A stretch of 64,000 nt of DNA. Origin: Antedon mediterranea (Eukaryota; Animalia; Echinodermata). The first letter of the stretch is position 1. Each line of letters begins with the position of its first letter. Location: the NCBI RefSeq assembly GCF_964355755.1, contig NC_092670.1, positions 35,452,388 through 35,516,387 of the forward strand, written 5' to 3'. Under the pieces are notes generated by a model. It did not search any database. It was not told where the DNA came from and was given only the letters and a program-made list of their open reading frames with translations. The position numbers and the translations under genes were made by a program. Shown in pieces: positions 13,581-27,624 of the stretch.

Positions 13581-15030
13581 ACCTAACTGAAACAATCTAT
13601 TTTTATATATAAATATAAATACAAGGACGACTAGTGCTTAATGAAACTACTAACAATGTTACTGAACAAACGGACAATGCTAATTCAGACAGTGTTAATT
13701 TCATACTAAAGTATTTATTAGATCTCGTTTAATTACAGTAATCTTCTCCTCTTCTAATCAATTAGGTCTATTGACATAGTGAAAGTGTGTCCTAGCCTAG
13801 GCTGGAGTCTCTGATTAGGTACAAAAATCAAAACTAACAGAATTCAAATTAGGCCTATTTAGACCCTCAATGATTTTGTTTTGGGTCATTCCTCTTCCTG
13901 GATATGTCGCAATCGGCGTTTCATACGATAATGCATAATAACCCATTTACGATCAGTATCCGATGGTAAAATCTATAGTTTTTAATTAACACGATGAAAA
14001 TGTGTATCTGAAAGAAACTTTGCCTACCTCAATTAAAGAAGAATGATACAAGTCATCATTAAGTCAAAACACTTTATGTATGAAACTTTCAAAAATAAAT
14101 CCATGGAAGAGTTAAAGCCTTCCTGATATGTGTACGTTACTATCGTTATGGCGGTAATACGTTAGTGACGATTAATACCAGTTTAAAATGACGCTTGAAT
14201 GAACATGCATGCCGGTGACGTAACCATAATTACGTAATACTGTATTTATTTAAGGCATGTAAGCTATTTGTGATTTTTCATAATGCATATTCATGTCGGT
14301 CTTACGTCACGTCATTCTGAGGGACGGAATCAAGTGACGACCGTAATGACGTAATGAAAACGTCATCAATTATGAAACATTGTAAGCGCAACGGTAGATC
14401 AACTAACTAGTTTAAACGATTAGATGTACCTATGTAGTTGTGTTATTTAAAACATGTTGATACATAATGCAATCTAAATATTGAATTGCAGAAGTTTAAC
14501 AATCAAAAAATAAAATTAAGATAAAAGGAAACATTAATAAGAACCAAAAAAAATGTATATAACAATAGTCTAAACTTAAATCAGATGTAAATAATTGTGA
14601 TTTGCAGTACACTATTACATTTTGGTATTTAACAATTGTATATAGTATTAAAAGCATACATACATACATCCATACAAACAATTTATTTTGCGCCTTATCA
14701 AACAATTTCAAGGCGCATTTAAATTATTAATAATGAGCATCAATAAAAAGTATAATAAGTTTTAACAAATGTCTTGTCATTTGCCCAAAAATGTATCTAA
14801 AATGTTACAAACAATTCATAAATTAAGTTTTAAGATTTAAAAGCAAAGCTACAATTGGTAAACGTGTTAAACCAATTTATGTTACGGCAGAACTAAGAAG
14901 CTTACTAAAACATTGATTGCAAATGTTAAAATACAGCATCAACGTGCATAACATATGCGAGAGAGTGGATACGCCATACTTTCAAGCGATAATGTTTCCT
15001 TTTTGGTGTAGGCACTGTTAATAAAACAAA

Positions 15031-18000
15031 TTAGCCGGCAAGGTCTTCGTCAACAGACGATGAAACAAAGCTAATGGAAGCCTCGCTGTTACCATCCTCA
15101 CTTGGAAAGAGTTCGTCATAGTGTTTCTTGTCATATACTTCTATTATGAAGCCCGCCATCTGTTTAACATCATCAGACGTGAAAAGCATCCATCCTTCAG
15201 ATCCAGACGTCGTGTAAACATTAGGAGTAGGTAGCTCTCCACTGTGCGTCTCGATAAATGTATTGGTCATATTTTCGTCCGGTTCAAAGCCATCGCCAAG
15301 TGTAAATTGATCATAGTTTTCCTCTGTTTCAAAATCTAGAATCTTGAACGTAATCTGGCGTTCCTGGCTGTGGACGAACTGCCATAGGCATTCACTTGAA
15401 GGCTCGTAATTTTCGGGAAAGTTTTGTGAGGTAACTACTATACTCTTTCCATCTGGTACCGTCAATTGACCACCACATTCTAGATAAAATAAAGTAAATT
15501 AAGTGATTTAAAAAAGCTTACAGTACAGTAGTTATTATACCATCACGTATGAACTTTTATTTGAATACTCTTATAATATAACCAGTTGTTTTGTCGACGT
15601 AGTATATTTAAAGCACATCTAAATATGACATTGTTAGAAGATGACTTTGAAAAAAAGGTATATTTCGTTAATAAATAACTATAATATAAAATTCTAGAGA
15701 GATCAAGTACATTCTGTATAACCAGTCGACGTAATATCATTTTCAGCACATTATAAATATGACATTGTAACACGTGGTATTTGTTGCTTTCTCTTGGAAG
15801 ATGGCCTTTAAAAAGTATATAATCGTTAACCAATAACTATATAATATATGAGTTATAGACTAACAGTATTGTCCTATTTTTCATGTGTCAGGGTACAACA
15901 AGACACGTCATACTTACCAGAGTAGTATTTTTCTTTAACCTGTATTTGAAAACCTTTTCGGTTAATGGCAGCATTTGTCTCAAACTTGATCCATACTTGG
16001 TTACTCTTAGACACGATGTTCGTTGGCGCTTTACCACCACTGAACGATTTCAACAGATTTGCAGTCCTTTGGAAATTAAAATTAAATCGTAACATAGTAC
16101 ATATTTTACCATAATAATTCTATCGTATTAAGCCAAAGAACTTATAACACAAGAATCTCCTGTCCTTCAATTTGCATTCAAAACACAGTATCGGAAGTAC
16201 AGGGTTAAAAGGTCAAACTGGGCGACGCCATTTCACAGCATGGAGCAGCGCCCCCTCCAAACTAGGAAGTCAATTACTCTACCCCCTAGAGTATTAGCAG
16301 ATCCCCTCTATGATTTTGACTTTCTAATTTGATGCGGGCGCCCTACTCCTCAGTCAATTAATCTATACCCCCTAGAGCAATAGCAGAACCCCTCTATGAT
16401 TTTGACTTTCTAATTTGATGCGGGCGCCCTACTCCATGGCTCATAATGGCGCCACCCATAGCTCTATTCTATCCCACAATGCCTTTCGAAATTGTTACGC
16501 GCTTCGGACGAACAGGAGATTCTTGTGTTATAAGTTCTTTGATTAAGCGTCTTTCACACCTGTTCCGGCGACGGCAAATCCAATCGAACGTCAATGTTTC
16601 GTTTTTACGCGGCTACGCTTGGCCGCGTGGAGCGTCGTGAAAACGAAACATTGGCGTTCGATTCGCCGGACCGGAACCGTGCCGGAACAGGTGTGAAAGG
16701 CCCTTACACCTGCTCCGGCACGGTTCCAGTCCGGGTCAGGCACATCAAATCTAACGTCAATGTTTCGTTTTCACACGGCTACGCGCATATCGATTGGTGC
16801 ATAGCCGCGTAGAGCGTGGTGAAAACGAAACATATTGACGTTCGATTTGATTTTCCGGCGTGCCGGAACAGGTGTGAAAGACCCTTTACTCAACTAACAT
16901 CGGTCTCCGCAGGGCATCTGGTTAATTTAAACATTAAGATGACATCTGCTCCCGCAGAATCTAGATGTACAGTTTATAATCATTATAAAAGTGGAGAAAT
17001 AAGTTACCTTCTAGGATCAATTCCGTCACCGATGTTTATATCGTCATGGTTGTCTTCAGTAGAAAATTCGATAAAGTTTATACTAATATGGCGTCCGTTA
17101 CCGACTCGATATTTCCAAATACAATCCATATTTGAACTGTAAAATTTCGGGAAGTTTGGGCTTTCTACAATAACCGTTTCTCTGAACCCTATTTCAACTA
17201 CCTCTGTGTTACCACAAGCTAAAATAAAAACACGAAGTTTGAATATTGTATTCAAAGGTGTGTGCACAATTATTGGTGCTACTGCAGTTTTGCACCTGGG
17301 CATAAGACTTCACAGTCACCATCACCGCCGGGAAATTGGGAAAGCTCGGGAGATTTAGGTGCGAAAGTGCAGTATCACCAATTTAGGGATTCGGACATAT
17401 AAGATACATAATAATTTGATTATTATTATAATAATATTGATTATTATTTTGAATATTGTATTAAATTATGTTTTCTCTGGTCGTATCTACAATCAACAAC
17501 CTCTTGCATTAAGCACAACTTTCGCTAAACAGTGGCACACTCTGAGTTCGCAAACAAATTTTTACTAGTGTATATTATGCTGCTTTTGTAGTATATTTGG
17601 GAAACCTGTCAAATATGTCAGCGGAGAACAAAACCAAAACAATTACAAATACTACTGTAGTATAGTATGTATTTAAACCAGCAAAAGTATATCTCATTCG
17701 AAAGATAAGGAATTACATTTAAAACAATCTTTAGGGCTTAGTATTAGGAAGGCAAACGGAAGATCGACTGATGTATACTTACATATCCGTTCGGTATTCT
17801 TAAACGCATTCTCACCAACAACCTTAGCCTCTAACAAAAGCAAATGTTAAAAAGTTAATTTAAAATACTTTATTTTTTAAAAAGCGCAAATGTTAATCAC
17901 AGGCTTTCATTTGTTGTTCTACATTTCGTTAAATTAAGGTATAGAGGGCAGCATACTGTTTTTCACACACACACTCTTGCCTGCTTTGTTTGTATGACAT

Positions 18001-21000
18001 GAAATAGTGTTTTATCTTCAATTCCCGATGCCTAATAAAACAAGGCAATTTATCCCCGTTTTCTGCTGATAATATTTGAATAATTAAATGAAAAATAAAA
18101 CATCTCACCCTTGACCCTTGTGTTAAAAAAGTCAATAACAAATCCTTTTCTGCTGTCCCAGTCATCTGATTTGAATGTTAACCACATAACGTTACCTACG
18201 AATTAAAAAAGTGGATGTAAATGTCCATATTTACACTCATGAAATTATATTGACAAATTATAATAGAAAAAAAATGCTAATAGGAAACAAAGGTAGGCAA
18301 ATAGGTCTAACAGAAGGAAAACAGTTATTTAAATAATTTTACCTCTATCTCTCTTTTATTGTATCTAATTGTTTTTAAGAAAGGAGAAAAAGAAGAAAAA
18401 TGTTGTACATGTACTTGTTTGGACGAAATTTAATCTGTGTTTGTAAATATATATCATTTGATGTTTTTATCTGTGTTTTAATTGTACAAATGTGGTCAGC
18501 CATAAGCCATAATTGGCTGTTCTTGTAGTAAGCAAGAGTGTGATTAATACAAATAAATATATATATTATATATATATAAACATATGATGTTTATATATAT
18601 AATTATCTGCACTGACGAGATCTAATACGATCGAAACAGTACTGTCTGCAGATTGGATATATATATAAACATATGATGCTTAATACGGTTAATAGAGGTC
18701 ATCGTGGAAAAGTTATAAATCCAAATCCACGGTTATTAATCAACATCAACAGAAAAACAATTTAATAATAATAATAAATAATAATAAATAATATATTTAT
18801 ACAGGATAAAACAATCAGATAACAGTGTATCTGTTTTACATTGTGGTCCTGTCTAAATCAAATCGTTATACCAGTGCTAGTGAATGACTTTGGTTTTGGT
18901 AAGTTTTCCCCACTGTGTTTATAGACGATCGTCTCGGCGTCATTGTCGTATTTTTCGCCGTTTCCGACACTGACATAGTCGTAGTTCAGCTCTGTGTTGA
19001 ACTGCCGGAAAAAGACGCTGATCCTGTCGCCCTCTGGTACACGAATTCTCCAGAAGCAGAAACGGTCGTTGTAGTAGTTATCAGGAAAGTTCATGGAACG
19101 GATTCTTCGACGTTTGGCTTTCTTGTCTCCGCTGATGAAATAATCTTGTCCACATCCTAAACGCACAATTTATAGAAACATTTTTCGTTTATTTTAATAT
19201 AATTTCAATAGTAGTATTATGAATTGAGAGTGAATGTGATGTGTTAAGATAGTTGGATTTACATAGCAGTTGGTGGATGAAACAAGGTGGCGGGAGGCAT
19301 TATTTCTTTTCCTATTAGGTTATGGTAGAAACAATAGAGGGCCTGAATCCATGCATTAATATTCATGATGTGACGGAAAACCTTGGAAATAGTTTTAACG
19401 CGGTAATCGAAAATAATCTCTCGTCGCGCTGCTAGGGTAGGTGCTGAAAAACTCACCAACCATGTAGCCGCACCTACCGTGTACGTAGGTTTCTTAACCT
19501 AATAGTGAAACAAAATAATGCTGGCTGGAGGAATTAGTATTATTTAAGGAGTAAGCATAGGTTAATCACAAATATGTTATGCTTAACTTCCAAACATTAG
19601 ACCTATTGTTCCAGGATGACTGTTAGACGTCCATTGACCTCAGGATATAAACGTACATGTGTCTTGTTTTTTAGAAAGTTTACTTACTTTTTGGCGCCAT
19701 TTTCTTCCAAACACACCAACGTTCGTTCTCATCTCCATCGCACATGCGCTTATCTACTTTACCGTAGCTTGCTATCGTACGATCGATGCACTGGCTTTTA
19801 TACTGGATCCCACAAGTCTGTTCGCCATCGCAGATTTGATGCCAGTCCACGCAGACCATTTCCTCTGGACATTGGACTCCTGAGTATGGATCGCTATTAC
19901 AAACTACAATTTACAATAATATAGGCATAAGAATAGCGAATTAGTATTAGTTACTTGAGTTAGGTTTCAGCACTTTACTTTGATGTGTGGTATATAGTAC
20001 CTTTGTGTGGGAAGGTTATTGGGGGAAGGCACAGTACTTAACATGTAGTATTCTTGGCTTCCAAAAAATTATTCTTAATATTAATAATGTTGACATAATT
20101 AGCAATGTTCCGAACTTGGTATTACTTTGGTATCCAGTACCTTTGACCTTTGTGTGGGAAGGTTATTATGGGAAAGCACAGTACATAAAATGTAGTATTC
20201 TTAATCATATGTTTACATAATTTATAATATGTAGACATAATTTGCAATGTTCCGAACTGCGCCTCATAACGTATCGCCCGGTTACCTTTTAACTTTGTGT
20301 GGGAAGGATGTTATAGTGAGGAAGTCACTGTACATAAAATGTAGTAAATTTTCCTTCCAAAAAAGTATTCCTTCCTAATAATATGTTGACATAATTAGCA
20401 ATGTCCTGAACTGCGCCCCGTAACGTATCGCTCTGTATCTTAAAGAATATAGATTTTTATTCAATTTGTAGTGTGTCATTATCAAAATAAAGAGATTTAT
20501 TCATACCGGAATTGATCATAAGGGAAATAATCCGTTTAAGTATCATTGGAAGTGACTGTTAGGTGTTACACTATCATTACCCTTCATTAATATTGTTCTG
20601 ACGAAATAAAACTTATACAATGAGTAATTTCGTAGGTTGGAGACTTTGCCAACCCTTGAAAACCTCTCAAACATCATGTATGACGTGTCCTACAGGCCTA
20701 CAATATGCTGTCGCTTGTTTCTGTCGGTGGCCTTTACAACGTACAATGATAATAACCTTGTTTTTTTTTTGCAAATACGGTTAGCCTATGCGTTTTTAAT
20801 GACAGCAAAGAAGACAATTTAACTGTGTACATATATGGATTTACATGGATTCATTTGCATTACTGTTCGCTATTATAATACAAAGACAAAATAATACTTA
20901 CAATATAAATCTTCGTTATTCAGATGTACTCTTAATGTATTAATTGTTAGCTGTGTATATTTATTTGAAACATCTACGTTTCTCCGAGACCGCAACGATC

Positions 21001-24000
21001 TATCAATCTATTTAAAAAAAAAAAAAAAAAGAAGGAACACATAAAACCTCGAAATCGAAAAGAATCCCTTCTCTTTGGTCTGCAAAAGTAATCTCGAAAA
21101 GAAGCCCATCTCGAAGTAGGCTTTATTTCGAGATATTGAATATCAAAGAAACAAGATGATTTAAAGTCTTGGTAACATGACGCAGATATAATGTATGGTC
21201 GAGTTATGTTGTACAGTACATTCATTTTACAGTTTTAAAATGGTATTTTGATCACAAATATGTAAAATTGGTAATATCTTAACAATTCTATTATTGTACT
21301 ACAATTCACAATATTTACGGCAGTCATTTTGAAAAGAAGCCTCTTTTGTTTGCATACTTCTCAAACAGATTTTTAGTTAATTCCTCTTATAAAAAATCCC
21401 CAGCATACTTATAATAATTACTATACTATATGTATCTTTAATCAAAGATGTAAAAGTCCCTGATATATCGATGTATTTGCATATCACTGTTATTGATATC
21501 AATGTGTAGATTGTTAGTTAATTTCACACTGCGGGGGTTATTTAAACTGGGAGCTTATTGTAGGCTGTCTACACGCAATACTGTATTATAACAACAACAA
21601 AAAACGTTTAACTTTGTAACTCTATGGGATGAATAGAATGGAACTGCGAACATGTATACTGTACCGTTACTGTGTACGATTAAGCGTGGTTCCCACTAGC
21701 GACGCAACACAAGGACGTAACGCAACGCAAGTGAATTGACCAATCACAAGCGATGGCTTATTGGCTTGTGATTGCTGTCAATAACTTCGCTTGTCATTGG
21801 TTAAAACGCTTGCGTTGCGTTTACGTCCTTGCGTTACGTTCTAGTGGGAACCAAGCTTACGCGTGGTTCCCACTAGCGACGCAACGCAAGGACGTAACGC
21901 AACGCAAGTGAATTGACCAATCACAAGCGATGGCTTATTGGCTTGTGATTGCTGTCAATAACTTCGCTTGTCATTGGTTAAAACGCTTGCGTTGCGTTTA
22001 CGTCCTTGCGTTACGTTCTAGTGGGAACCAAGCTTTATACAATAAATTTACTGTACGACGCAGTGAATTTACATTATCTATGACTAAACAATGACGAAAA
22101 TTGTCTTGATATATACACTGGTATAATTGTATTGTTCTACATTGTTTCTACCTACTCCAGAAATAAGCATAATTTATAGACTAGATGGTACGCGGCGGGC
22201 GAATCACGTGGTTAAAATCAGTACCGAAAGTACGAGCCAACTTTATATACTACCATCGAGTAAACATTTTAGAAGTAACGCGCGATTAACCGAATTTTGC
22301 CCAATTACGTAAATTTATATATAGGCCTAGATGATATAAATTACAGCAGCATAAATCAATTATTATTTTTTTGAATTAAAGTCTTAATATAGGCCTATGC
22401 CTAGTAACATTAAAATCATGATGTGCTGTACTTGGATAACATTTTTGTTGAACTGTATTTTTTTTATTGTTATTTTTATAAAGTGCAAACACCTTTCATG
22501 TTTCTTGTTTGTGGTGAGCATTTCCATAACTTGTTAACAGCCATTTCCCTAAAGTGAATGTAAAGGAACTACTTAGTTTAGTACTTAGTAAAGTGTCAAT
22601 AACACACATGATTAAACATAAAAAAGTTCTACGAAAAATGTATTTAGGTTTAAGATATTATACAGCATTTATAATGTGTCAGTGACGTCACTAACAGACG
22701 TAAATTCAACGTACGCGCAAAAAAAAGTTGTCAATTTTTAAAATTATTGTGACGCACGCGTCGTACAAATAGAGCTGTCTAAAGCTCTGTCTACACTATC
22801 AAACTAGTTTGACAAAACCAATGTGATGTGCCTAAATATGGTAGTGATATGCCCAAATATGGTTTGATAGAGAGAGCCTAATGTTCATCAGTATATCGTT
22901 GATATAGTTTTTTTTAAACAAATGTTCAAAGGTTAACAGAATAGAAAATACACGTGTGGTAGTAATTATTTAATAGAACAAATACGTATTGTAACAGTAA
23001 AGCGTTAGCTGTACTACTGTAAAACTACAAGAAAAACATACAAATATGAAAGGATCTTGGGTCACTAACATCCTTATTGCTTAATCCAGCTAATCCACTT
23101 AAAATTATTGTCGTCCGATATTAACAAGTGATTGCTGTTAGTTGTTTATACAAATGCTATTTATTCTAAAAATATAAATGTTATACTTTATTTGAACCAA
23201 AATGCCTTATAAATGAAAAGAATGTCCTTGAGCAATGTGTGGAAAACGAAATTGTAAAAAACACACTTGCAATGTAACAAGTTAAAATATGTTATCACTA
23301 TAATTTTTAATCACCATGAAGATTGATGTGTTAGTTAAGGACACGTGGTAGTCATGTGACCTTAAGGGGTCATAGGCTGCATGATACGGAATGTTCTAAT
23401 GCAACGATGTATTTTTATGTGAAAACAAGTTGCTAAGGAATGTGGAAATTGCTATTTAAACACTTTTGTATAATTATATTGCCTTTTATAGAAGGTAATA
23501 AAAACAACAACCTTCAAATTCTACCGCTGCGTTTTCAATTTGACAATTGCTGTACTATTGAAATGCTTTCACTCAATGACAGCTATAAAATAAAATAGAA
23601 CATAAGTCGGACGTTGATAGTGTTATGTACAATAGTTTCCTGTGGCCTACTGCTGCTAATAGTTAATACGGTAAAAATACGTGTGTACAAAATTCGAGTA
23701 AATGGCGTTCACAAAAATATTAATACTAAGATGTATGGCATTAAGTCTGAATTTCAGAACTTGTAAAAGATAATATCTCAACAGATATTCATTATTTTAA
23801 TAGTTAATATTATCTATAATAAGTTTTAATGGATATACATTTTTAAAATAATATATTTCCAGTAAAAACAAATATATCTTGTTATATCTCTATCTTGGGA
23901 TTAAAAGAGATTAATATCTTGATTAACAGAGATATATTTTCAATTCAAGATTACAATACATTTATTTATGTTACAATTAAAAGACGCTGTAAAACTTCAT

Positions 24001-24523
24001 TTTAAATTTGTATTATTATTTGTATAATAGTCTAGTATTATACTGATTTATATGCACCTTTAGGTACCGTACAGTTTCATATTCTAATATTATAAAACTG
24101 TACATAAAGGTGCATACATAAATCAGTACTATAAATTTTAAATAAACTCGCATCATTATTCTTTTGAAGAAAATAAAATATTATTTAGACGACGGTATCC
24201 CTGGTAGGCCTAATAATTAAAGTAAACAACACAGCATTTTTCAGCGAACCCCAAATAATCTATGCTACGGGGTAGTGAGTACAAGGCCTACTTCACTACT
24301 ATATGACTATATGACAGTCTCTGTCATAACATTCATTTACTGATCCGGCAACAGAAAATGCATTATAACATTCACACAGAATGTTTCTTTATTTACCAAG
24401 TGTTGTCTTTAGCTCAAAAAGTTTCACCCTTACCTTTGACATCCTTGTCTCCTTCGCTGAAACAGACCCGCTGAAAACAACGAATAAAAGAACAAATATC
24501 GGCCTCATCTTCACGAGAATCAT
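15031..24523 (-). CDS. Gene B: secreted protein, signal peptide + RSRR pro-region + atypical LDLa-like domain + 3 CUB domains (~546 aa)
   Basis: 9 exons: 24523-24434, 21007-20902, 19903-19688, 19156-18872, 18195-18109, 17830-17783, 17218-17008, 16066-15918, 15479-15031 (TAA); total 1641 nt. Signal MRPIFVLLFVVFSGSVSA (alternative ATG at 24508). CUB motifs CG..SxNFPxxY..CxW..FxTE..D..SG..F..GF occur three times. No TM or protease domain. Confidence 0.88.
16275..16436. repeat. Two tandem copies of an ~86-bp unit
   Basis: ACCCCCTAGAG..AGCAGA.CCCCTCTATGATTTTGACTTTCTAATTTGATGCGGGCGCCCTACTCC occurs twice. Confidence 0.75.
16546..16884. mobile_element. Head-to-tail pair of palindromic Harbinger-like MITEs (family H2)
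   Basis: CTTTCACACCTGTTCCGGC ... GCCGGAACAGGTGTGAAAG arms repeated twice, with TTA flanks. A minimal copy lies at ~37591-37655. Confidence 0.75.
18605..18653 (+). ncRNA. Minimal type I hammerhead ribozyme
   Basis: ATCTGCA-CTGACGA-GATC-TAATAC-GATC-GAAA-CAG-TA-CTG-TC-TGCAGAT: 7-bp stem I, intact CUGANGA and GAAA core, 4-bp stem II, palindromic short stem III, GUC cleavage triplet ending at 18646. Confidence 0.85.
19995..20440. repeat. Three degenerate ~140-150-bp tandem units
   Basis: CTTTGTGTGGGAAGG..CAGTAC..ATGTAGTA..GACATAATT.GCAATGT recurs three times. Confidence 0.7.
21683..22034 (+). mobile_element. Tandem dimer of H1 MITE
   Basis: Two near-identical ~176-bp units; junction CCAAGCTTACGCGTGG at 21851-21866; TTA on both outer sides. 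Confidence 0.9.
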
Positions 24524-25329
24524 CCTCTTCCTTCTGCCAAACAATCGGTATCTCCAGTCTTCTTCAAGCACGCGGTTTTTCCAACCAAGGTTAGAAATGT
24601 TTTTGATTACGCTCTCGGCACGACTACAGGCTTGTCAAGCGGACAAGAATGTTTACCAGCGGGAACTTGAGGGGGCCTACGAAGTGTCAAGATAATAATA
24701 CTTCGCGGAATAATTATTTGTGTCTGGCCAAAACAACGTGTGCCAAGTTAGGAAAAAAAAAGAAAAGCAAACGAACATCACACCTGTTAGTTCAAAGGTC
24801 AAGATCGAATTGCCAATTTTTGTGTGACGTTTTGGACTGTTTTGTCAATTATGTCTTAAAACTTTTTAGAAGTTAGCTCACTGTCTAGCGGAACTTTTGT
24901 TGCGGTTTAAAACCTTAATCGCATATACTTAGAAATGTATGCGATGTAAACACGAGGCCTAGTGTTGACAGTACCATTTAGATAATTGAGTAACAGGATT
25001 TTATTACAATTTATTTATTATATAGGCATTTTTAATTTCAAAATAACAATTTCAACCCCGGATGAAGAGGGCATCTTGAAATTTCGATGAAACCTGTCAT
25101 TACGTCCTGAATTTATTTTTTAATCGTAAATTTTAGTCATTGGACTTTAGTGTAAGCAATAACGTTATCTGCCCGTAGTAAATAACATGCTAGTACTGTT
25201 TTATACAGTTTGGAACTAAAAATAAAATAAAAAAAGTAAGAAGAATATTTAGAATATTTAAGTTTAAAACATACAGAAAAATCAAATAATTAAAAGAAAT
25301 TGTGAGAATAATTAGAAGTATATAATAAA

Positions 25330-25597
25330 TAATAAATTTGTTTGTTTTATACATACAAAAAACACATTTAAACCAAAGGAAAATTACAATTAAAATAAGT
25401 TAAGTAAGAAAATAATAAAGCACCCATAACCCACTAGGCCCTTAAGCAAGATCTACAATGTTGTTAATCTGTTTAATATGAATTTAAGGCTTTTAAAATC
25501 ATAAATAGTGTAATAATATTGGAAATGTGGTACATTATTTTTTATTCTGCAGGCATAAATATAATGTTTTGTAAAGTAATAATTTTGTTAATTAGTT
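25330..25597 (-). mobile_element. Degenerate Tx1/L1-like LINE 3' fragment
   Basis: Minus strand reads LINKII..(frameshift)..KHYIYACRIKNNVPHF, similar to the INxIILxxKxYIYxxR motif near the end of Tx1-type ORF2. Confidence 0.4.
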
Positions 25598-26581
25598 CGC
25601 AGGCATGCGTATTCATGTTCCAAATTTCTCTCTACGCATGCGTATAAGTTGACGCTTTCGATTCGCGCGAACAAATTCGCCTAGTGGAAATAGGCTATAT
25701 TCCATAGTGTTTGAAACATTCTAATAAATCTAACGCTGCTGCCGCTTCAGTGTAGGCCTAATTGATATCGACCAGTGCTGCCGACCGACATCCATGATGA
25801 TTTCAACATAAAAGTTGATACTATATCAAGTTAGAGGGCGGTACTGCAATCTAAGTTTTTGATTTTGTTGATCTTATTCTTATATAAAAATAGGATTAAT
25901 ATTTAGAATATTTAAGTTTAAAACATACGAAGAAAATCATATAATCATACGAATTAAATAATGTACTTATTAGTAAAATATAATTATTATATTATTTTAT
26001 AAAAAAAAACTTGATATAAAAAGAGGCTACTAACAAGGCTATCAAACACTACACTGAGTGAACGACATAAATTAAAGTTGATACTATACTAAGTTAGAGG
26101 GCGGTACTGCAATCTAACTCATTCTTATTCTTAGTCGAATAGGACACTCTCTGATGACGCCCTAAAGTAATTGTCTTGTCTTCGTTCCCTTGCGAACGCC
26201 ACCAGTCACCAGTGTTTTGATTCAACTAAAAGTATACATATGACACACAATGTTATGCCGTTGCTGTCTAAACCCTAAACTATAACAAAAAGTCATTTGT
26301 ATCTCATTGGATATATTGATTGATGGAATTTCTTTAAAATCATCATGGTTATGACGACAAGACAGCATATTAGACCAATTTATTGTTATGTAATAATATG
26401 ATAATATATATAATATAAAACTCAAGTTGATGATGATGACAAACAAAAACATTATGTAATAATTAATTTTGTGAAACTGTCTTGTAAAACATTTGGTCAG
26501 GAATAAATCATATCTACTTAGTCATCATCATAAAACAAAATTAATACGTTTCCCGGTTTTTAAACAAGCACGAATGTGCAA

Positions 26582-26907
26582 TACTCGGGGTACAGCGAAA
26601 CAAGCTGTAATGACGTCATACGACCGGATGTAACGTCACATACACATCAATAACCGCGCTACCAAATACGGCTATACGGTACCATCTTCGAGACGTGATA
26701 TGGCTGCATCCGGTTTGAAATTAAAAAATCCGGCTCTATAGCTTTGAGGACATGTCCCTGTAGTATATTCAGGCTAAATCCGAGCTCAATACTACAAACA
26801 ACTAATAAGGGAGGAGTAGTACTTTAAAAATCGCACTTTTTACTCAATAGTGTCTAGATGGAGGAGGAGGAAAAAATGAGCAAGTCCTAGACTCGGGTAC
26901 CCCGAGT
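26582..26907. mobile_element. Putative non-autonomous DNA transposon
   Basis: 12-bp perfect inverted ends TACTCGGGGTAC / GTACCCCGAGTA. Confidence 0.45.
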
Positions 26908-27624
26908 AAAAAATAATGTAGTTAAACATTAACTATAGAGGGCGACATAAACTTTTATCCAACCTATGATTTTCACCAAACCGTACTGTGAGCGAGTATA
27001 CATTTTATTGAATTGTGTACGAATAAAAACATTCTATATTCCGCCACAGTTTATTACACTTTTTCTTTCTTTAAATATAGGACAGTTTATAGTTTGATTT
27101 ATCGCCGGAATTGACCTAGAATTGACCCCTGTTAATGTGAAAGTTTGTATACAACAGCCTTTGTTAGGAAATACGTCATTGGAATTTAGATTTATTTTAC
27201 AGTTCAATATTTTTGATTTTTTAAATATATCATAGATACCTAGTAGGACAATATCTTAGCGCTGGGAACAGTTTTTAAATTTCAGATTACTATTTATTGT
27301 GCAGAGCTTTATCACGCGTGATAGCCTGAAATGACCAGTTAGATTACTGTTTATTCATTGGCTAAATTCAGTATTTAAAAAAATAAATTAACAATAATAA
27401 TATTTTATATGAGATTTTTTTTCTATTCGTTCACATTATTTATTAGAAATAGGCCTATTTAAAAATATAACAATTAAATTCACACAATTTAAATAAGTAA
27501 TAGAATAATATGTTTCAGGGATCTTATAACAACCTTTAAAGAGAAAAAAAGAACAAACAATAGCAACAACTATTTAACTAATAATTATAGTTAATAATAA
27601 TCAATAGTAGGCCCTAGTACTAAT

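Noticed and set aside
26150-26185. CTGATGA possible hammerhead (also CCTGATGAAG at ~48299)
   Set aside because: No stem II followed by GAAA and no closing stems.
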